This document shows, piece by piece, positions 22,343 to 24,409 of a stretch of DNA of 24,409 nt. The stretch covers positions 1 through 24,409 of the forward strand of contig JAHDYN010000001.1 of assembly GCA_023383735.1 (NCBI GenBank). Reading direction: 5' to 3'. The number at the start of each line of letters is the position of its first letter. The stretch's first letter is position 1. A program made the position numbers and the translations under genes. Below the pieces are notes generated by a model, which saw only the letters and a list, made by a program, of their open reading frames with translations, did no database searches and had not been told where the DNA came from. The stretch is from Gammaproteobacteria bacterium (GTDB lineage: Bacteria; Pseudomonadota; Gammaproteobacteria; Steroidobacterales; GCA-2729495).

Positions 22343-23643
22343 GGTTCCGCCTCTCTCGCCTGGCCCTGCTCATCGCGACGACTATCGTCGCCGTCGGCGC
22401 CATGGGGGTATTCGCCACTTATCGGGAGGCCGGGGACGAGCTGCGCGACATCCTGGACGACGATCTGGAGAAGCAGTGCCGGATGCTGGCGAGGTTCCTT
22501 GCTGCCGATCCGGCCGGGCTGGAAAAAAAGGAGCTGCAGACCCTGCTCACCAGGTCGTTCCGGCCGGACGATGAGGAAACCCTGTGGGTAAACGTCTACA
22601 ACCTCGAAACCGGGCAGCTGGCGAGCAACCAGGAACACGCCCTGCAGCTTGCAGGTCCTGATAGCGGCGCACTGACCTTGCGGTGGAATGGTTACACCTG
22701 GGAGGGATACCAACGGCGTGAAGGTGGGCTGGTCGTTCAGCTCCTCCGTCGGACGGACCTCTACGAGGAGGTGCAGGGCGAGATCCTGGAGGAAATCACC
22801 ATGCCCGTCATCGCCGGCACCGGCGTCACGCTGCTGCTGCTGGCCACTTTGATCGGTTTCATGCTGGGGCCTCTCTCGCGCCTGGTCCGGCAGCTCGAGA
22901 CGCGCAATGCCGACTCGCTGGCGCCCCTGAACATCTGGACGCCGACCATCGAGGTAAACATCCTCGTCGCCACGATCAACCGCCTGATGAGCGGCGTGGA
23001 TTCGGTATTGCAGCGTGAGAGGCAGTTCGCCAACGACGTGGCTCATGAGTTGCGCACACCCCTGACGACACTGAAGGTCGAACTGGCCGGACCGGAGCCG
23101 GATCTGCCCGCCATCAAGGCGGAGGTCGACCGGCTGGCCCGACTGGTTGAACAGTTGCTCACGCTCGCGCGGCTGGAGCAGGGACGGTGGCACGCCAGTT
23201 TCAGCGAGGTGCCACTGCATGACGTCTGGGCCCGGGAGTCCGGACGCTTCGCGGGCGCAGCGGAACAGGCCGGAATGACCCTGTCGAGCGACGTGCGCCC
23301 GACCGTCGTCAACGGTGACCCGACATTGCTCCAGGTGCTGCTCCGGAACCTGATCGGCAACGTACTGCGCCACTGTCCGACTGGCACGCGCATACACGTT
23401 GCCATCGGTACCGAGTCCGGTCCGGACACACTCGTCGTGCGCGACTCGGGTCCTGGTATTCCAGCGGACCAGCGCGCGCAGATGAATGCCGGTTTTGCGC
23501 GGCTGGACAGTCGAAGCGAGGGCCTCGGTCTGGGGCTGGCGATCTGCCGGAGGATTGCCGAGGTGCACGGCGCCGAACTGCAGTTTCTGGCGAACAGCGA
23601 CGGGAGTTCCGGGCTCCGGGTGGAAGTTCGCTTTCCACCTTAA
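22339..23643 (+). CDS. Sensor histidine kinase, QseC/PmrB-like
   Basis: Two membrane segments; H-box FANDVAHELRTPL; N-box LRNLIGN; DSGPG; GLGLGLAI. ATGA overlap with the response regulator. Confidence 0.92.
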   Translation: MRFRLSRLALLIATTIVAVGAMGVFATYREAGDELRDILDDDLEKQCRMLARFLAADPAGLEKKELQTLLTRSFRPDDEETLWVNVYNLETGQLASNQEHALQLAGPDSGALTLRWNGYTWEGYQRREGGLVVQLLRRTDLYEEVQGEILEEITMPVIAGTGVTLLLLATLIGFMLGPLSRLVRQLETRNADSLAPLNIWTPTIEVNILVATINRLMSGVDSVLQRERQFANDVAHELRTPLTTLKVELAGPEPDLPAIKAEVDRLARLVEQLLTLARLEQGRWHASFSEVPLHDVWARESGRFAGAAEQAGMTLSSDVRPTVVNGDPTLLQVLLRNLIGNVLRHCPTGTRIHVAIGTESGPDTLVVRDSGPGIPADQRAQMNAGFARLDSRSEGLGLGLAICRRIAEVHGAELQFLANSDGSSGLRVEVRFPP

Positions 23644-23655
23644 GGTTGCTTTAAG
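23639..23655 (+). promoter_or_regulatory. PmrA/QseB-type box upstream of the YgiW-like gene
   Basis: CTTAAG-GTTGC-TTTAAG, an exact YTTAAK-N5-YTTAAK match overlapping the kinase stop codon. Confidence 0.7.
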
Positions 23656-23710
23656 CAAGCCCGGGCAGACTGGGCCCGTATCCACTCACATCACTGAACG
23701 GAGTTACTGC

Positions 23711-24073
23711 ATGAAAACGCTGCTTTCCATCACCCTGCTGACACTGGCTGCGGGTCCCGTCCTCGCCAGTGACAAGGCCGTCGACGCCGGCGGCTTTACC
23801 GGCCCTGATACTGTCCAGCTCGTGTCGGTCGCGACCGCTCTCGATCTGCCCGACGATAGCCTGGTCAAGCTCCAGGGCTACATCATCCGATCGCTCGGTG
23901 ACGAGAAGTACGAATTCCGTGACGACTCGGGCATGCTGACCGTCGAGATCGACAACGACGACTGGCGCGGCGTTGAAGCAACGCCTGATGTGAAGGTCGA
24001 ACTGCTGATCGAGGTCGACCGTGACTGGCGCAAGGCTGAGTTCGAGGTTGAGTCTGTCCGGCTGGTCGACTGA
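23711..24073 (+). CDS. YgiW/YdeI-family periplasmic OB-fold (BOF) stress protein
   Basis: Signal peptide; GGFTGP; DDSLVKLQGYIIRSLGDEKYEFRDDSGMLTVEID..W; GGAG upstream of ATG 23711. Confidence 0.88.
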   Translation: MKTLLSITLLTLAAGPVLASDKAVDAGGFTGPDTVQLVSVATALDLPDDSLVKLQGYIIRSLGDEKYEFRDDSGMLTVEIDNDDWRGVEATPDVKVELLIEVDRDWRKAEFEVESVRLVD

Positions 24074-24079
24074 TCCCTG

Positions 24080-24101
24080 GTCCGGGCGGCGCCGCCCGGA
24101 C
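24080..24101. terminator. Perfect 22-bp GC-rich palindrome between convergent genes
   Basis: GTCCGGGCGGC|GCCGCCCGGAC; no U-tract on either side. Confidence 0.4.
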
Positions 24102-24184
24102 TCAGGAGGCGAGCCTTTGCTGCTCGATGGAGCAGCGAGCGCTGGATCAGGGAGACCGATGCCCGTGGTTGGTCATCCCCCTCG

Positions 24185-24409
24185 TCAGCTTGCGCTCATG
24201 GCTTGAGCCGGCTTTGCGGCCGCACCGGTGCGCACCTTCTTCTCGATGCGTTGTCCGACATCGGCGTCGATGCGTTTCCAGTAGTCGAAGGCGCGCTCCA
24301 GGACAGGGCTGCGCACGCCGCCCAGCAGACTGCCGGCAACCTGCTCAACCAGCGCAGTGCGCTGGGCATCGTTGAAAACCTCGCGCACCAGAGCACCGGC
24401 CTGGCCGAA
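24185..24409 (-). CDS. Monofunctional catalase, C-terminal fragment (gene starts outside the window)
   Basis: [59 protein letters not shown] matches the catalase C-terminal helical domain as I recall it. Confidence 0.8.
   Translation of the reverse strand, partial: FGQAGALVREVFNDAQRTALVEQVAGSLLGGVRSPVLERAFDYWKRIDADVGQRIEKKVRTGAAAKPAQAMSAS

Noticed and set aside
22321-23685. 454-aa minus-strand ORF opposite the histidine kinase, and 21665-22267 opposite the response regulator
   Set aside because: Antisense shadows of the two-component genes.

Overview
GC-rich, probably gammaproteobacterial chromosomal window. From left to right: three tandem minus-strand DUF1254/DUF1214 envelope-protein paralogs (the third runs off the window and has an in-frame TAA); the ABC-F ATPase ybiT; a large lipoprotein with a beta-helix and choice-of-anchor-Q-like C-terminus; a small His/Cys leader ORF followed by a czcCBA-type heavy-metal RND efflux operon; tadA; mltF; an unknown 110-aa ORF; and tRNA-Ser(CGA). 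The tRNA 3' end is the attachment site of a very small, fully delimited integrative element (16913-21467, 16-bp direct repeats CCTCTCCCTCCGCCAT). The element encodes a P4-type tyrosine integrase, a 164-aa unknown, and a translationally coupled alpA / FDxHR zinc-finger / 154-aa putative OB-fold cassette. These are followed by a structured stretch (nine tandem pentamers, two hairpins) and an IS3-family IS that appears to have landed in an integrase arm-type repeat next to attR. Without the IS the excision unit is only about 3.3 kb, with no primase, relaxase or packaging gene I can recognise. It is the best candidate for an undescribed system here. Beyond attR lie a QseB/QseC (PmrAB)-like two-component pair, a YgiW/YdeI-type OB-fold protein with matching YTTAAK-N5-YTTAAK boxes, and the C-terminus of a catalase. 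All family assignments come from motif recognition by eye; no searches were run.
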